A stretch of 63,010 nucleotides of DNA, the filler included, from Reticulomyxa filosa (Eukaryota; Protista; Foraminifera), in NCBI GenBank assembly GCA_000512085.1. It is 22 parts of 22 records of this genome, joined end to end, with 100 filler letters (N's around TTAATTAATTAA, not from the genome) between each part and the next. Parts side by side here need not be neighbours in the genome. Positions count along the whole stretch, not along the records: positions 10,951 to 18,595 come from ASPP01000125.1; positions 18,696 to 23,722 come from ASPP01024233.1; 20 more parts are not named here. The stretch is one strand, 5' to 3'. Of this stretch, positions 11,637-23,822 are shown piece after piece (position 1 is the first letter of the stretch; each line of letters starts with the position of its first letter). The translations under genes and the position numbers were made by a program. Below the pieces are notes generated by a model, which made no database searches, had not been told where the DNA came from, and worked only from the letters and a program-made list of their open reading frames with translations.

Positions 11637-11700
11637 AAAAATCGATTCTCTTTATATAGTGCCACTTAGGTATTGCAGTTTTTTTTTGCAATATATTGTA
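11637..11700. repeat. Degenerate copy of a Tc1/mariner terminal sequence
   Basis: aaaatcgattctctttatatagtgccacttaggtattgcagttttttttt...gcaatatattgta is near-identical to 42628-42690, which follows a transposase fragment. Confidence 0.7.
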
Positions 11701-11814
11701 TATTTGCATACTTAAAATTATTAAATTTCATAATTATGAAAAATCAAAATCAAAACCATATTTAAAAATGGAATTGTTCACAAATATTTTAATTTTGCTT
11801 CTTTAAAATCTATT

Positions 11815-13013
11815 TCATTTAATGTACTTCACAGTAATTTTATCAAAATCATCAATCCATCCAAATCTTATTTCTAAAGTTCGATTCCAATATTGAATTA
11901 TACATTTTATATCATTTTTTGACTGTAATTATTTATTATTTGTCAATCAATTTATTTGTGTTTGATTAAAATAAATAAATAAACAAATTATTACCAACTG
12001 TGAAGGATCACATACACGCACTTTAGTATTAATGTGAGTTGATAATTTTCTATCTTTATCATCCATTCCCCCAATGATGTGTATATTGTCTTCTTCGCTT
12101 AATATTGCAGTACAGTCATATAATCGACTGTGTAAAATGTTTTGAAATGTCGTCCATTTGTTTTCTTGAATTGAATACTTGCGCACTAATTTTGAAGTAG
12201 CATTGTTAATATAATTCCATCCACCAAAGAATAAGATGACATCATTGACACAAACATATGCATAATGAGAGAATGGTTCAATATCCTTGCAAACAGGTAA
12301 TTGATGAAATTGAAAAGTGTTGTTATCTTCATCATATTCAATTGATAATCCTATATTCTGTTTAAACAACAGCATTTGATTTTGCTTACTTTTTCCTTGA
12401 TTTGTTTTCATCATTTCTTGTCCTTGTATATTTTCTGACTTTGATACAAAGCAATGATACCATATTTGACAATAATCTCTAAATTGTAAAGTATCATGTT
12501 TAATAAATTGAAGTGTATTTAAATCAAACACACTAATATTCTTATAAAGATAAGTGATAAATAATAAATGACTATTGCTTCCACCAATCACTGCACGCGC
12601 TCCTTGAAAATCAATATTATCTCTTAAAATGATAATTGGATTATTATGATTGTCTGTGAAAGGAACCCACTGTTATAATTGTTTGATATATCTAATATAT
12701 TACTCCAAACACTTATATATTTCATCACCAATGTATGTCTTTTTACATGTTCAGACCCACCAAAAGACAACAAAGTGATTTGATTACTGTTTTTGTTGTT
12801 GTTATCCAGTTTCACTACACAGTGTCCATTTAATTTAACATGACTTGGATAATCACAGATAAACTTGTATTCATTTTTGAGTGTATGATAAGAATAGCAC
12901 GCTCTCTTGAATCTGCCTCCACAAATGAGGATTTCGTGTTTGTGTAACACACATTGAGTTTGATAAAGTGGAGTCGGTAATTCCTTCAAAATTTGAAAGG
13001 TTTGGTTACTCAT
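11815..13013 (-). CDS. Kelch-type beta-propeller protein (expanded family), one frameshift near 12670
   Basis: ORFs 12624-13013 and 11947-12591 align end to end with the paralogue at 15246. The last exon is SKNDIKCIIQYWNRTLEIRFGWIDDFDKITVKYIK*. The frameshift is either a sequencing error or a young pseudogene. Confidence 0.8.
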
Positions 13014-13859
13014 GTTATTAATGTTGATGAATTATGAAGTAGCTAGATTTTTTTAAAATGGTGAACATGAAAAGTTACCTTTTTGAAGTAAAAAAAAGTG
13101 TGTAGTTGATGTTGTGCACAAATCCGTTTTTTCTTGCAAAATTTACAGATTAGACATTCATTTACATCTATGGAACTGCTAGCGTTTTTGCACAGATAAT
13201 AGGTTTAGCCTATGGAAGTTTACTATGTATTTGATAAGTTTTGAGATGTAATTTGTTTCAGTTAAATGGAACTGGTTTATCCAGTACGCACTTAAATGAC
13301 CAAGAAACAGAACAAGCTTTATTTATAAGCATTATGTGGTAGAGTCTCTGTAATGTACTTTGCATTTGTTACAACTTCACGAATTGCAAAAAAAACAAAT
13401 TATATGGCTTGTTGAAATATTTTTACTGTTTTTCACTCTTTGTTTTAGCAATATTCGTCCTTTTTAATGCCAAGAAAGTTAAATGCGCATTGTTGTGTAA
13501 TTTCAATAAGATCCGGAAAAATTTTTTCATTTAATTCGCTAAAAAAAAATTAAATTGTTCAAAAAGATGATAATATCCCCAAATGTGAATAGTTCTTTTA
13601 TGTGAATTGTAGGGCAAGCCCTTATCACACATGGCTGAACGCTTATGGAACTGAGGAGCACCCTTTGGGTTAAACCTCCTCAACAAACTACCTCTTACTG
13701 TTTTCTCTCTTACTTCTTTTGTCTTTGATTTATTCTTTAATTTACTTTTGTTTACTGAAAGTCACTCTCATTGATAGTAACACTATTTCGTATTACATTT
13801 AGTGAAGCTCTTCACTGTAGACTCCCCACAGAATCATAACACAAACTAACAAGATCTTC

Positions 13860-14072
13860 ATTTCTGTTGATTTTCTTTAATTGTAGAAATTTAAGTCAAT
13901 ATATTCCACAACCTCTATCGTGTCCTTCGATAACATGTAATTGTTCTTATTTGATCGAATATCCCAAAAACGAATTGTTCTATCAACTGATCCAGAACAT
14001 ATCACATTTGAACTATTACCACTAACACCAATATTCCTTATTACAAATGGTGAATATTCAACAACTTGAAGA
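13860..14072 (-). pseudogene. WD40-repeat gene fragment
   Basis: VVEYSPFVIRNIGVSGNSSNVICSGSVDRTIRFWDIRSNK, then a frameshift and stop. Paralogous to 18058-18595. Confidence 0.75.
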
Positions 14073-15245
14073 GTAAAAATTTTAAAACATTAAAACTGCG
14101 TAAATAATCAAAGACTGGAATAAATTTTTCTTAGAAAAGGATAAAATTGGATTATTCTATTTTGGTTTTTTACAATTATTAAATGTTAATTTATTTTTTT
14201 CTCAAAAATGGAAACAAGCACAACAAACTGTCTATCAATGATTTTTCAAATAGTTCAACATCCAAACACGTTTTGGTGCTATGTTAAAAATAAAATATAA
14301 GAACAATCTTATGGTAAATGTATTATCAAAACAAGGAATAGCTTCGAGAAATTGTAGAAATTCATACAAATCTGAAAGCATATTTTTTTCTATCAGTTAG
14401 TTTGTTAAAAAAAACAACTTTAATCCGATTTTATTTATTTCAAACAATCTTTTTTGGAGTTACTCCAATTAATACTAAGAGTTTTTTTTGGAGGAGTTAC
14501 AAATGTCCTCAAGATAGTTTTTTTCAAGGAAAGCAAACCTTTTGAAAGACATTCTTTTGTTTAACCAGCGGTTACTAATTGTAATTATGTGAAAGCTCTA
14601 TTGTACTCCTTTTTTTAAACCACTTTACTTCTTTTTTTTTGTAATACAAAAAAAATTTTATATTTTCAAAAATTATTACTACATTGAAAGAATAAATATA
14701 AACAAATAAAAAATTCATTTGAATTTAGTATTCTATGGAGTTTGCGTTTTTTTTTAATTTCAAAAAAGGGCAACCAAGTTTATTTTTGGAGTAGATTTTT
14801 TTGAAGATAATATTTTTAGAGATTTCTTTTTTGTATATGGAACAATTCTGAATTTGGATAACTCTATACAATTCTTGGTTATTTACACTCATTCGAGATA
14901 TAAGTCATATCAAACATTTTTATGCATTATTTGAACTAATTTCTGTATCGAAAAGAGCCAAAATACACAATGTTGACTTCTGAAAGAAGATGTTATATTT
15001 GTTGCGAGAATTAAAACATAATTATAATCCATATAACATTTCTCCATCACATAAAAACCTTGTCCAACTACGTGTAATTTTTGCAAACATTTAATATGGG
15101 AATAATACATGATATTTTCAAAAACAAAGTAAACAATTTTATTTTTTATCATTATGTTTTGTTCAATGATCTTTTTTATTTATTTTTTTTGTTTTTCAAA
15201 AGGGTCCATTTTTTAAAAAATTAAAAACTACTTCACATTAACAAC

Positions 15246-16475
15246 ATGGGTAATCAAAACAAAACTCACTTTCAAATTTTGAAAGAATTGCCTACTCCAC
15301 TTGATGAATCTCAATGTGTGCCACACAAACACGAACTCCTCATTTGTGGAGGTTATGAACAAAGAGCTTGTTATTCTTATCATACACTCAAAAATGAATA
15401 CAAGTTTATCTGTGAATATCCAAGTCATGTTAAATTATATGGACACTGTGTAGTGAAACTGGATAACAAAAACAAAAACAGCAATCAAATCACTTTGTTG
15501 TCTTTTGGTGGGTCTAAACATGTAAAAAGACATACATTGGTGATGAAATATATAAGTGTTTGGAGTAATATATCAAACAAATCAAATGAATTCAACAATT
15601 ACAATAAATGGATTTCTTTCACAGACAAGCACAATCGTCCAATTATCATTGGAAAAAGTGACACTGATTATTATGGAGTGCGTGCAGTGATTGGTGGAAG
15701 CAAAAATCATTTATTATTTATTACTTATTATTATAATAATATTAGTGTGTTTGATTTAAATACACTTCAATTTATTAAACATGATTCTTTACCAACTAAT
15801 GGTTATTATATTCGTCATCATTGTTTTGTATTAAAGTCAGTGAATGGACAAGGACAAGAAATGATGGAAATAAATAATCAAAATTATCAAATGCTGTTGT
15901 TTTGTTTCAGTACAGATTTATTAATTGAATATGATGAAGATAACAATTTTTTTCAATTTCAGCAACTACATGTTTCTAAGAATATTGCACCACTTTATCG
16001 TTATGCATATGTTTATATCAATGATATCATCTTGTTCTTTGGTGGCTGTAATTGGAATGGTAATGAGTGGATTTTTTCAAAAGCAGTTCATAAGTATTCA
16101 ATTCAAAAAAATAAATGGATGACATTTAAAAACACTTTACCCAGTCCATTGAAAGATTGTGTTGCGATATTGAGTGAAGACGACAATCACATACATATTA
16201 TTGGAGGAAAAGATGATAAAGAAACAACAGTATCAACTCACATGAAGACAAAAGTGCGTATATGGGACCTTTCACAGTTGGTAATGATTTGTTTATTATT
16301 ATTTATTTTGAAACACAAATGGTATGAAATAATTGATAATAATAAATAATAACAGTCAAAAAATGAAATAAAATGTATTATTCGATATTGGCTTCGAATT
16401 TCAGAAATAAAATTTGGATGGATTGATGATTTTGACAAATTTATTATAGAATACAGTGAAAAAAATACATTTTGA
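15246..16475 (+). CDS. Kelch-type beta-propeller protein, complete, two exons
   Basis: 367-aa ORF with Kelch-like GG repeats (LLICGG, LLSFGG, AVIGG, ILFFGG...YSIQKNKW, IHIIGG). Intron 16281-16355; last exon SKNEIKCIIRYWLRISEIKFGWIDDFDKFIIEYSEKNTF*. Confidence 0.85.
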
Positions 16476-17514
16476 CACATATGGATAATTAATTTTTCCT
16501 CAATTAAAATATTTCGAAATAGTTTTTTTAAATATAGCTTGAAATTTATATAATTTTTTTTATTTTTTTGTTGAATTGAAAATATAACTTTTGCAAATAA
16601 AGAGAATATGTAATTTTATCGATATGTTTGTGGTTTTTGTAAAATAAGTGGAATTGAATGATGCCAATATGTAATAATTATTCCAAAAAAATAGTAAAAT
16701 TTATTTTAAATTATTGTAATTGTAAATCATAAATTACTTTCATATTTATGAATCATACATTGACTAAGTTGAAACATTTCAAAATAACTTGTTATGAACT
16801 ATGCTTTAATATCACTTCAATTTAAAATTAAGTGTTTTGTATTTCCAGAATTTTTATATTTTCCATTTTTTTTTTCGTTTCAATTTTTTCTTTGTTTCTA
16901 AATAGTGTAATACTCAGCAGTTTGAAAAAAAATAGTAAATTAATCAAATGCTGTCAAAAATACTAAATAATGAAAAAATAGAAAAAAAAGACAAACAAAC
17001 ATAATTATATTTTTACTTTGACCATCATAAAAACATCACATTACAACAAACAACATCATTTTTCACAAAAAAAAAGAAAAAACTATAAAATAACAGTTTC
17101 AAAATCCAGGAGTTCCTCCTTTATTTCTCATCACTACATTAGAGAAGAGAATTTTTGAAAGAAAAAGGATATATCACGTTTCCAAAACACAGGAAAAAGT
17201 ATGTCATTTATTAGATTCAACTTAAATCTTTGGACCAATGAAAAATTGAGTGGAAAATGGAAATGAATTTTAAAATGAAATAAATATAAAATGATAATTA
17301 TGTGAAAAATTAAATATGAAACGAATAGAAATAAATATTAGATTGAAATGAAATTGGAATTAATTTGCATGATTTTGGCATCCAAACTGAAATTATCAGT
17401 ATAAATTAACATTGTATGATAATTTCAATTGTTTCGATCATATTTTGTTTGGTGTATCATTCCGAACATTCTATTCGTAAAAGTGATAATTCATATGCAA
17501 AAATTAATAATGGC

Positions 17515-17670
17515 TTCAGTTTATGCAAATGCAAAATTCTCGTTTTTGGAGGTATAGATGAAAGAAAGTGTTATTTTTATCATACACTCAAAAACACACA
17601 CAAGTTTATTTGTGAGCATCCAGTTGATGTTTCAGTTAGTAACAACAGCAATATAACCACTTTGTTGTAA
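17515..17670 (+). pseudogene. Kelch-family gene relic
   Basis: KILVFGGIDERKCYFYHTLKNTHKFICEHP matches the start of the two neighbouring Kelch genes and then degenerates. Confidence 0.7.
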
Positions 17671-18057
17671 ATTAAATATTTTACTTTGAAGCTTCTGATT
17701 GATCGCGTTTTTATTGCTCTTATTACATAAAATGTACAAGAAATAAAAAATAAATGATTGCATTTCCACTTATTTGATTTGTTCCGAGTATTTGTTTTTT
17801 TTCTTTTCTAATTTCACTATTATTATCATAGTGTTTGTGTCAGAACTGTTTAAAGTAATGCTTTCCTTATTTATTTGCATTTCGATTGTGAAAGGCTTTT
17901 TGTGGTTGTGTTCTTGTTCTGTTGTTACTTGACAAGACTTATTGGCTATCACAATAATTATTGTTTTTTTCAGTGCAAATTTGGATTAAGTATTTTTTCT
18001 TAATTTAATTCTGAGAAATAATTTGATTTTCTTATTGTTTCAAATAAAAAAACTTGG

Positions 18058-18595
18058 CTATCCCAATACACGAATGAGACCCATTCCAGAACCATAACAC
18101 AAAGCATAACCACAACAATCATTTGTGCTGTTTTTATTTTTTTCACTATTTTTTAGACCTTGATCAAATGGCACAAATTCAAAAGAATATATCCCGGTAT
18201 TATCATCAAATCCTTTGATCTCGTGTAATTGTTTGTTAGTTCGGATGTCCCAAAATCGAATTGTATTGTCAAGTGATCCAGAACATATTATATTTGTGTC
18301 ACTGCTACCATTTTCGAATGGCAAATATTCAACAGTAAATATATCACTTGTATGTCCTTTGAAAATATGAATTTGTTTTCCTGTTCGAATATCCCACAAT
18401 CGAACTGTCTTGTCATCTGATCCAGAGCATATCACATTGCCACCAACAATACTTGTTTCATTTCTTGAATATTTTACACTTGTCACTGCTCCTTCATGTC
18501 CGTTGAAATCAACTAATTGTTTGGTGTTTTCGATATCCCACAAACGAATGATGTTATCAGCTGATCCAGAGCAAATGGTATATCCAGCACCACCA
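18058..18595 (-). CDS. WD40-repeat protein, C-terminal part
   Basis: Repeats FNGHEGAVTSVKYS...ICSGSDDKTVRLWD and FKGHTSDIFTVEY...ICSGSLDNTIRFWD. Confidence 0.9.
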
Positions 18596-18695
18596 NNNNN
18601 NNNNNNNNNNNNNNNNNNNNNNNNNNNNNNNNNNNNNNNTTAATTAATTAANNNNNNNNNNNNNNNNNNNNNNNNNNNNNNNNNNNNNNNNNNNN

Positions 18696-20033
18696 TCATT
18701 TTTTCCGACTCTTTTTATATATGTATATATTTTTTTTTGTTAAAACAGCATAAAAAAAAAAAATATGTATACGTATACATATACCATCGTAATCTTGCGT
18801 CTGTGAATTGGAAGACAAATGGAAAAGCAAGACTTTTTTGACATCCCAATAGAACCTGCGATGGACGGTGAGGATGACATGTAGCCCCAAAGAGGAGATG
18901 ATAATGCAGTGGAGAAGGAAAAGGGAATAGAGCGCTCGCGCGAGTACGGGAACGAAGAGTACCAAATAGGAGTAGGCGAGATGGATGCATTCGATAATGT
19001 TGGAAATGATGACGACAATGAAGATGATACATAAAATGGTGGCACAATTAAGACGCGCGTTCATGAAAAAGGGACGATAGTATTTGACACATTGAAATAC
19101 AAAAGAAGAAGAAGAAGAAGAAGAAGAAGACGTTGTGACACGATGGAAAATTGAAAAACACCCTTGGTAAGGATTGACACACAGACAAGGTCTATAAAAG
19201 CTGCACATACGTAGAAGCAGTCGGATCATCAACTCCAACACCAAAATACACCTCGTCACCATCAATGCCAAGCACAAATACATTTGAAAGATTTCGTATC
19301 GAATGGCGATACCAGACCACGCATTGATGGTGTTTTGACAGTGTTGCATCCCTGCGGACAAGCACTGAGGGGTACATGACACAGCATCCGTCATCGACGA
19401 ACATGCTGATATGGGTAACGATGACGACGATGACAAAGACAAAGGCAATGACGATGACGATGACAATGACAATGACAATGACAATGATGATGCGTTCGTA
19501 TGCGTTGCAAAATAGCATCCATAACTTCTCCACGTATTGCAATTATGTATGTCTGGCAAAAACTCCAAAGTGGTATAAAAAGTAACCACTCCTGCTGGGA
19601 GTAACCACAATGCACTATGATAAGGCGAGTTACCTACCAATAAAAAAAATGTCCCCAATTCCTCCATTAATAGCTGCTTGTCATATTCCCTTGAATTCTT
19701 TGGAATGTGGTTTTGTGACTCCAATGTCACTGTTAGATTCGTCTCGTTTGTTCCGTTGCCTTGCACGCACACCGGGTCCACCAAAAATATCTCTTCACAT
19801 GTCTTCCATTGTGGACCCCATGGAGCCAGTCGGCTGAATAAAAGTAATATCAACACACATACTATACCCAACCATCCACTTCGGAACCGGTTGAAAAAAA
19901 AATCCACCGGAAATAGTGGAAACAAACCGTAGTATTGTAGATGGCTTTGACAACAATTTTCATCCCTTTCTTCACTTGTAAATATACAAGATGATGAATA
20001 ATCGACTTTACCAGAACAATTCACACCACACAT
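18696..20033 (-). CDS. Hypothetical multi-pass membrane protein with Cys-rich loops and Ser-rich tracts
   Basis: 445-aa ORF with several hydrophobic segments and a hexamer microsatellite encoding (SL)n. Both ends are uncertain and no family was recognised. Confidence 0.5.
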   Translation of the reverse strand: MCGVNCSGKVDYSSSCIFTSEERDENCCQSHLQYYGLFPLFPVDFFFNRFRSGWLGIVCVLILLLFSRLAPWGPQWKTCEEIFLVDPVCVQGNGTNETNLTVTLESQNHIPKNSREYDKQLLMEELGTFFLLVGNSPYHSALWLLPAGVVTFYTTLEFLPDIHNCNTWRSYGCYFATHTNASSLSLSLSLSSSSSLPLSLSSSSSLPISACSSMTDAVSCTPQCLSAGMQHCQNTINAWSGIAIRYEIFQMYLCLALMVTRCILVLELMIRLLLRMCSFYRPCLCVNPYQGCFSIFHRVTTSSSSSSSSSFVFQCVKYYRPFFMNARLNCATILCIIFIVVIISNIIECIHLAYSYLVLFVPVLARALYSLFLLHCIIISSLGLHVILTVHRRFYWDVKKVLLFHLSSNSQTQDYDGICIRIHIFFFYAVLTKKNIYIYKKSRKK

Positions 20034-20471
20034 TGATCATACAATCGTGAATGCAACAATGATGGGGCGTGATAAAATCGAAAAAAAACACTCTGTTCGG
20101 TTTATGCCGATCTATATAATGTACTGACCAGTAGCCAAAGATACATGAACATAATTTTTTAATTTATTGCAGAACAGAAACAAAGTCCATGTCAACAAAT
20201 TTTGACAAATTTCATAATTTTCTTTTGGATACAATAACTGAGATTTACCTCGGTGTTTGCAATAAATCACATGTATTCTCAGTTTTTATAAAAATAAACG
20301 CACTCTGAACAATAAATTAAAAATAATAAGTTGTAAGTCAACAGGAGTAAAACACCCCTTTTTTTTTGTTTTTGAAGTTGAAATATTTAGCTAACTGAAC
20401 GCATTTTAATAGTTCTCGCCAACCATCTATTGAACACATAACGAAAATTTATTGACAGACATACTGGTGCA

Positions 20472-21629
20472 ATGTTCACAAGGACCAAGACATTCTTTTC
20501 AAAGCACGGCAGAAAGGTTTGCACAAGTGAAAGGAAGAGAAAAAAGATAGAGAGAGAGCACTGAAACAATTATGAAAAAAACAAAATAGGTATTTTTGGC
20601 AGGAAGTGTAGCAATACCCACACTGTGGTCTACAGGATCAGCGGTTGCATTAGATGTGCTGAAGGCAACCCCCCCAGAATATCACTTTGAAGTGGAAGAA
20701 CTATTTAAATCTCACGATGTTGCTGCGTACGTTTTTTTTTTTAAAAAAAAAAAGATTAAAAAAAAAGAAAATGTTGTTCTCAACAAATAAATGTAAAGTC
20801 TTCGTCGTGGCTATCAAGTTTATAAAGAAGTATGTGCATCATGTCACAGTATGCAATATGTGTGTTACCGTCATTTAGTTGGTTATGTGTTAACCGAAAA
20901 AGAAGCAAAACGAGAAGCTGCAGCTGCATTGATTGAGGATGGACCTGATGACCAAGGAGAACTATTTTTGAGGCCAGGGACTTTATTGGACGTGTTGCCT
21001 CCACCCTATAAAAATGACATGCTTGCCAAAGCTGCTAACATTGGTTAGTGTTCTTGAGAGATTGATAACCGCTCTGACGTACATGCATCTTTCGCAATCA
21101 CATTACAAAAAAAAAAAAAAAAAAAAAGGTGCATCACCTCCGGATTTCTCATTGATTACTGGCTCTCGTGAAGGTGGTATGAGTTATGTGTTTTCTCTAT
21201 TGACTGGATATGGAGATGAAGTCCCACCAGGAGTAGCATTGTCACCGGGACAAGCATTCAATCCATTCTTTGAAGGAGGTATACTTGCCATGCCTCAGGT
21301 TTTATTTGACGGTATGCTCAACTATGCGGATGGGACCCCTGCCACTGTTTCTCAAATGGCCAAAGACGTCTCTCAGTTTTTTTTCTGGGCTCAGCACAGA
21401 GAGTTGGATGCAAGAAAACAAATCGCAGCTGTTGGAGTTATTTGGAGTCTTACTGCTGCTGGACTATTTTGGTACTCTTTTTTTTTTTTGCACAATCCCA
21501 AAATCAATCATATTCACATTACACACAATACTAAAATATTGAAACACTAGGTGGGCCAAACAGCATTCAAAGGTATCCCTGCTGTGTCAGAAACTAACAT
21601 ATAAAAACTCACCTTGGGGAGTGAGATAA
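20472..21629 (+). CDS. CYC1: Cytochrome c1 (complex III), complete, 5 exons
   Basis: Presequence [15 protein letters not shown]; [18 protein letters not shown] (CxxCH); [10 protein letters not shown]; [16 protein letters not shown] (axial Met); [14 protein letters not shown]; C-terminal TM helix; stop at 21627-21629. Confidence 0.97.
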
Positions 21630-22053
21630 TAGCTACTCGTTTTTTTTTTTGGTTAAATTTTTTCGTTTTTGTTTTGCTTTGTTTTGTTTAGTAATATCTG
21701 AAATTGTATTTTTAAATTGGAGTCATAGCAACTTTTTTTTTTTAATTTCAATTTTAATAATAAGTGTAATTTTAGAAAAGTGAAATGGTTGTATTCATTG
21801 CAAAAGCAGTAAAAGCGCTAATTATTTTTTTTTTAAAAAGCTAGTTATTTGTATGTTTTCGCTGAATGACTGCACGAGTAAAAAAAAAGGGAACTCGTTC
21901 AGAAGTTCCTTGTAATATATTTTAAAAAAATAACGCAAAAATGGTGAAGAAGCTTAAGTTTTTTTTGAAATGGCAAAATATGTTCACTGCTTTGGTTTAT
22001 TTGATTTGTTTAGTGTTTAAATTGTTACGAAACAACCGTTTGGTTGTCCCTTT

Positions 22054-22702
22054 TTAGCAAAGCGATTCATACTTTTCATTGAAGCGATTGGATTTGTAAA
22101 ACCTCCAGTGCCAAAACTGATTTTGGTGTAACATTTCAACAAAAACGGGCTCTTTCAACGCTTTTCGAAAGGACTCCATTTGAAGTAACTCCAAAAATCG
22201 AAGTGCATGAACGTGACTATAATACATGATTCAGAGCATTTGATCAACAAGACTGCTTTCGTTTGTGTTTCACAAACAAACAATGCGAGGACAAAATTCA
22301 ACTTCACAAGGCAAGCATATTCCGGTTTTTTCCAATATTGCAAATATTCTAAATACTTTATGAATTTTTTGTTTTCAAAATAATTGTTTTGTGCCAGATC
22401 TTTTCGAATGAATTCACACAACAAAAAAGACTTTGTTAGTTGTGCAAATTTTATTTTTTATGTAATAAATAAGACACTGGAGGAAAAAAAAAAAGAAAAA
22501 AAATCAAACATTGCAAATAGTGAGGGTTTGCAAGCATTTCAACAAACTCTTTTTCCATTGAAAAGCGTAAGTGTTTCCGTTTTACACTTTCCAAGCATTC
22601 ACCGTCTTCTGTGGCATGCAACTCCTTCATTTTTGCTAATAAAGTCAGCATTTGTGCCTTTTCTTCCAGTACATGTTGTGATTGAGGTTGTTTGCTTGCC
22701 AT
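22054..22702 (-). CDS. MED31: Mediator subunit 31 (Soh1), complete, 3 exons
   Basis: [20 protein letters not shown] | [31 protein letters not shown] | [18 protein letters not shown]...QFWHW. Confidence 0.95.
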
Positions 22703-23004
22703 GTTCAAAGATTTGTATTTTGTTGAAAGAAGGTTCACCGTGGGTACCTCCCCCCCCCCTGTTCACAAGTTTGTTAAAGTTTTGCCACTCACTCGACAAC
22801 GGCTTAGTACGAGGAATAAAAATAAAGCTACGAATATAACCGGCCACTTTCAAAAAAAAAAAAAAAAAGAATTAAGTTTGTCATATTGTGGGAAAGAAGA
22901 TACAGTTAAGAAAGCTATGCACAAGATCAATATTACTATATTAAACAAAGAAATGCCATTACGCAAAAGTAAAAGAAAGAAGAAGAAGAACAAAACAATT
23001 TTGT

Positions 23005-23611
23005 TTAAATGTTTGATTTCAATAGTTGCTTACGCATCTTATGAGGAAGATCAGTAAGTTTTTGCTCAAACCATTGTGTATGCAGTTTATCTTCGAGGTT
23101 TCGAAGATTCCACACGTCATCAACATTGAAATTCGGTTGGTCTAAACGTTTAAAGATTGGAGCCAAAACGGCCATGATTTTTCTTCATAGAGCGGAAGAG
23201 AGGAAAATGGAGTGAACTGATAAAAGTGTTGAATGGTTCGAACGAGTGGTAAAAAGATATTGAGAGGGATGGATTGATTTAAACTTGGATGAAGCATTCG
23301 ATCCATGGATACATTATAATTGATCAACGTCTGTATTTGGTCTTTTGCCTTATTCAAATGCTTTTCATTGGCATCTTGGGATTGCCGCTTGTAGGAATTG
23401 AAACTCCTTTCAATCAAATACTTTTTTTCCAAAGGGCTTGAATTCGACAGCGACGAAGAGTCGAAATAGGCTTGGGATGTTACAATCCCCAACCAATTCC
23501 CGTCTTCATCACATATCATCCCACCTGAATTACCACTGTAAATCGAACACGACGTACGCAAACATATACACTCGTTCGTTTTTCTATCAAATATTGCACG
23601 CGAAATAACAC
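23005..23611 (-). CDS. Trypsin-like serine protease, DEG15/TYSND1-like; last exon with one frameshift
   Basis: GVISR...LRTSCSIYSGNSGGMICDEDGNWLGIVTS (catalytic Ser) and HPSLNQSIP. Adding one A to the run near 23180 extends the frame to LDQPNFNVDDVWNL...KQLLKSNI*. Confidence 0.75.
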
Positions 23612-23822
23612 CTTTCATCACATATATACATATACATATATATATATATATACGCAAACTTATACGTACAAACACGTACATGCATGCAGCAAACCCACCC
23701 AATGCATGTTAACGTGTACATANNNNNNNNNNNNNNNNNNNNNNNNNNNNNNNNNNNNNNNNNNNNTTAATTAATTAANNNNNNNNNNNNNNNNNNNNNN
23801 NNNNNNNNNNNNNNNNNNNNNN

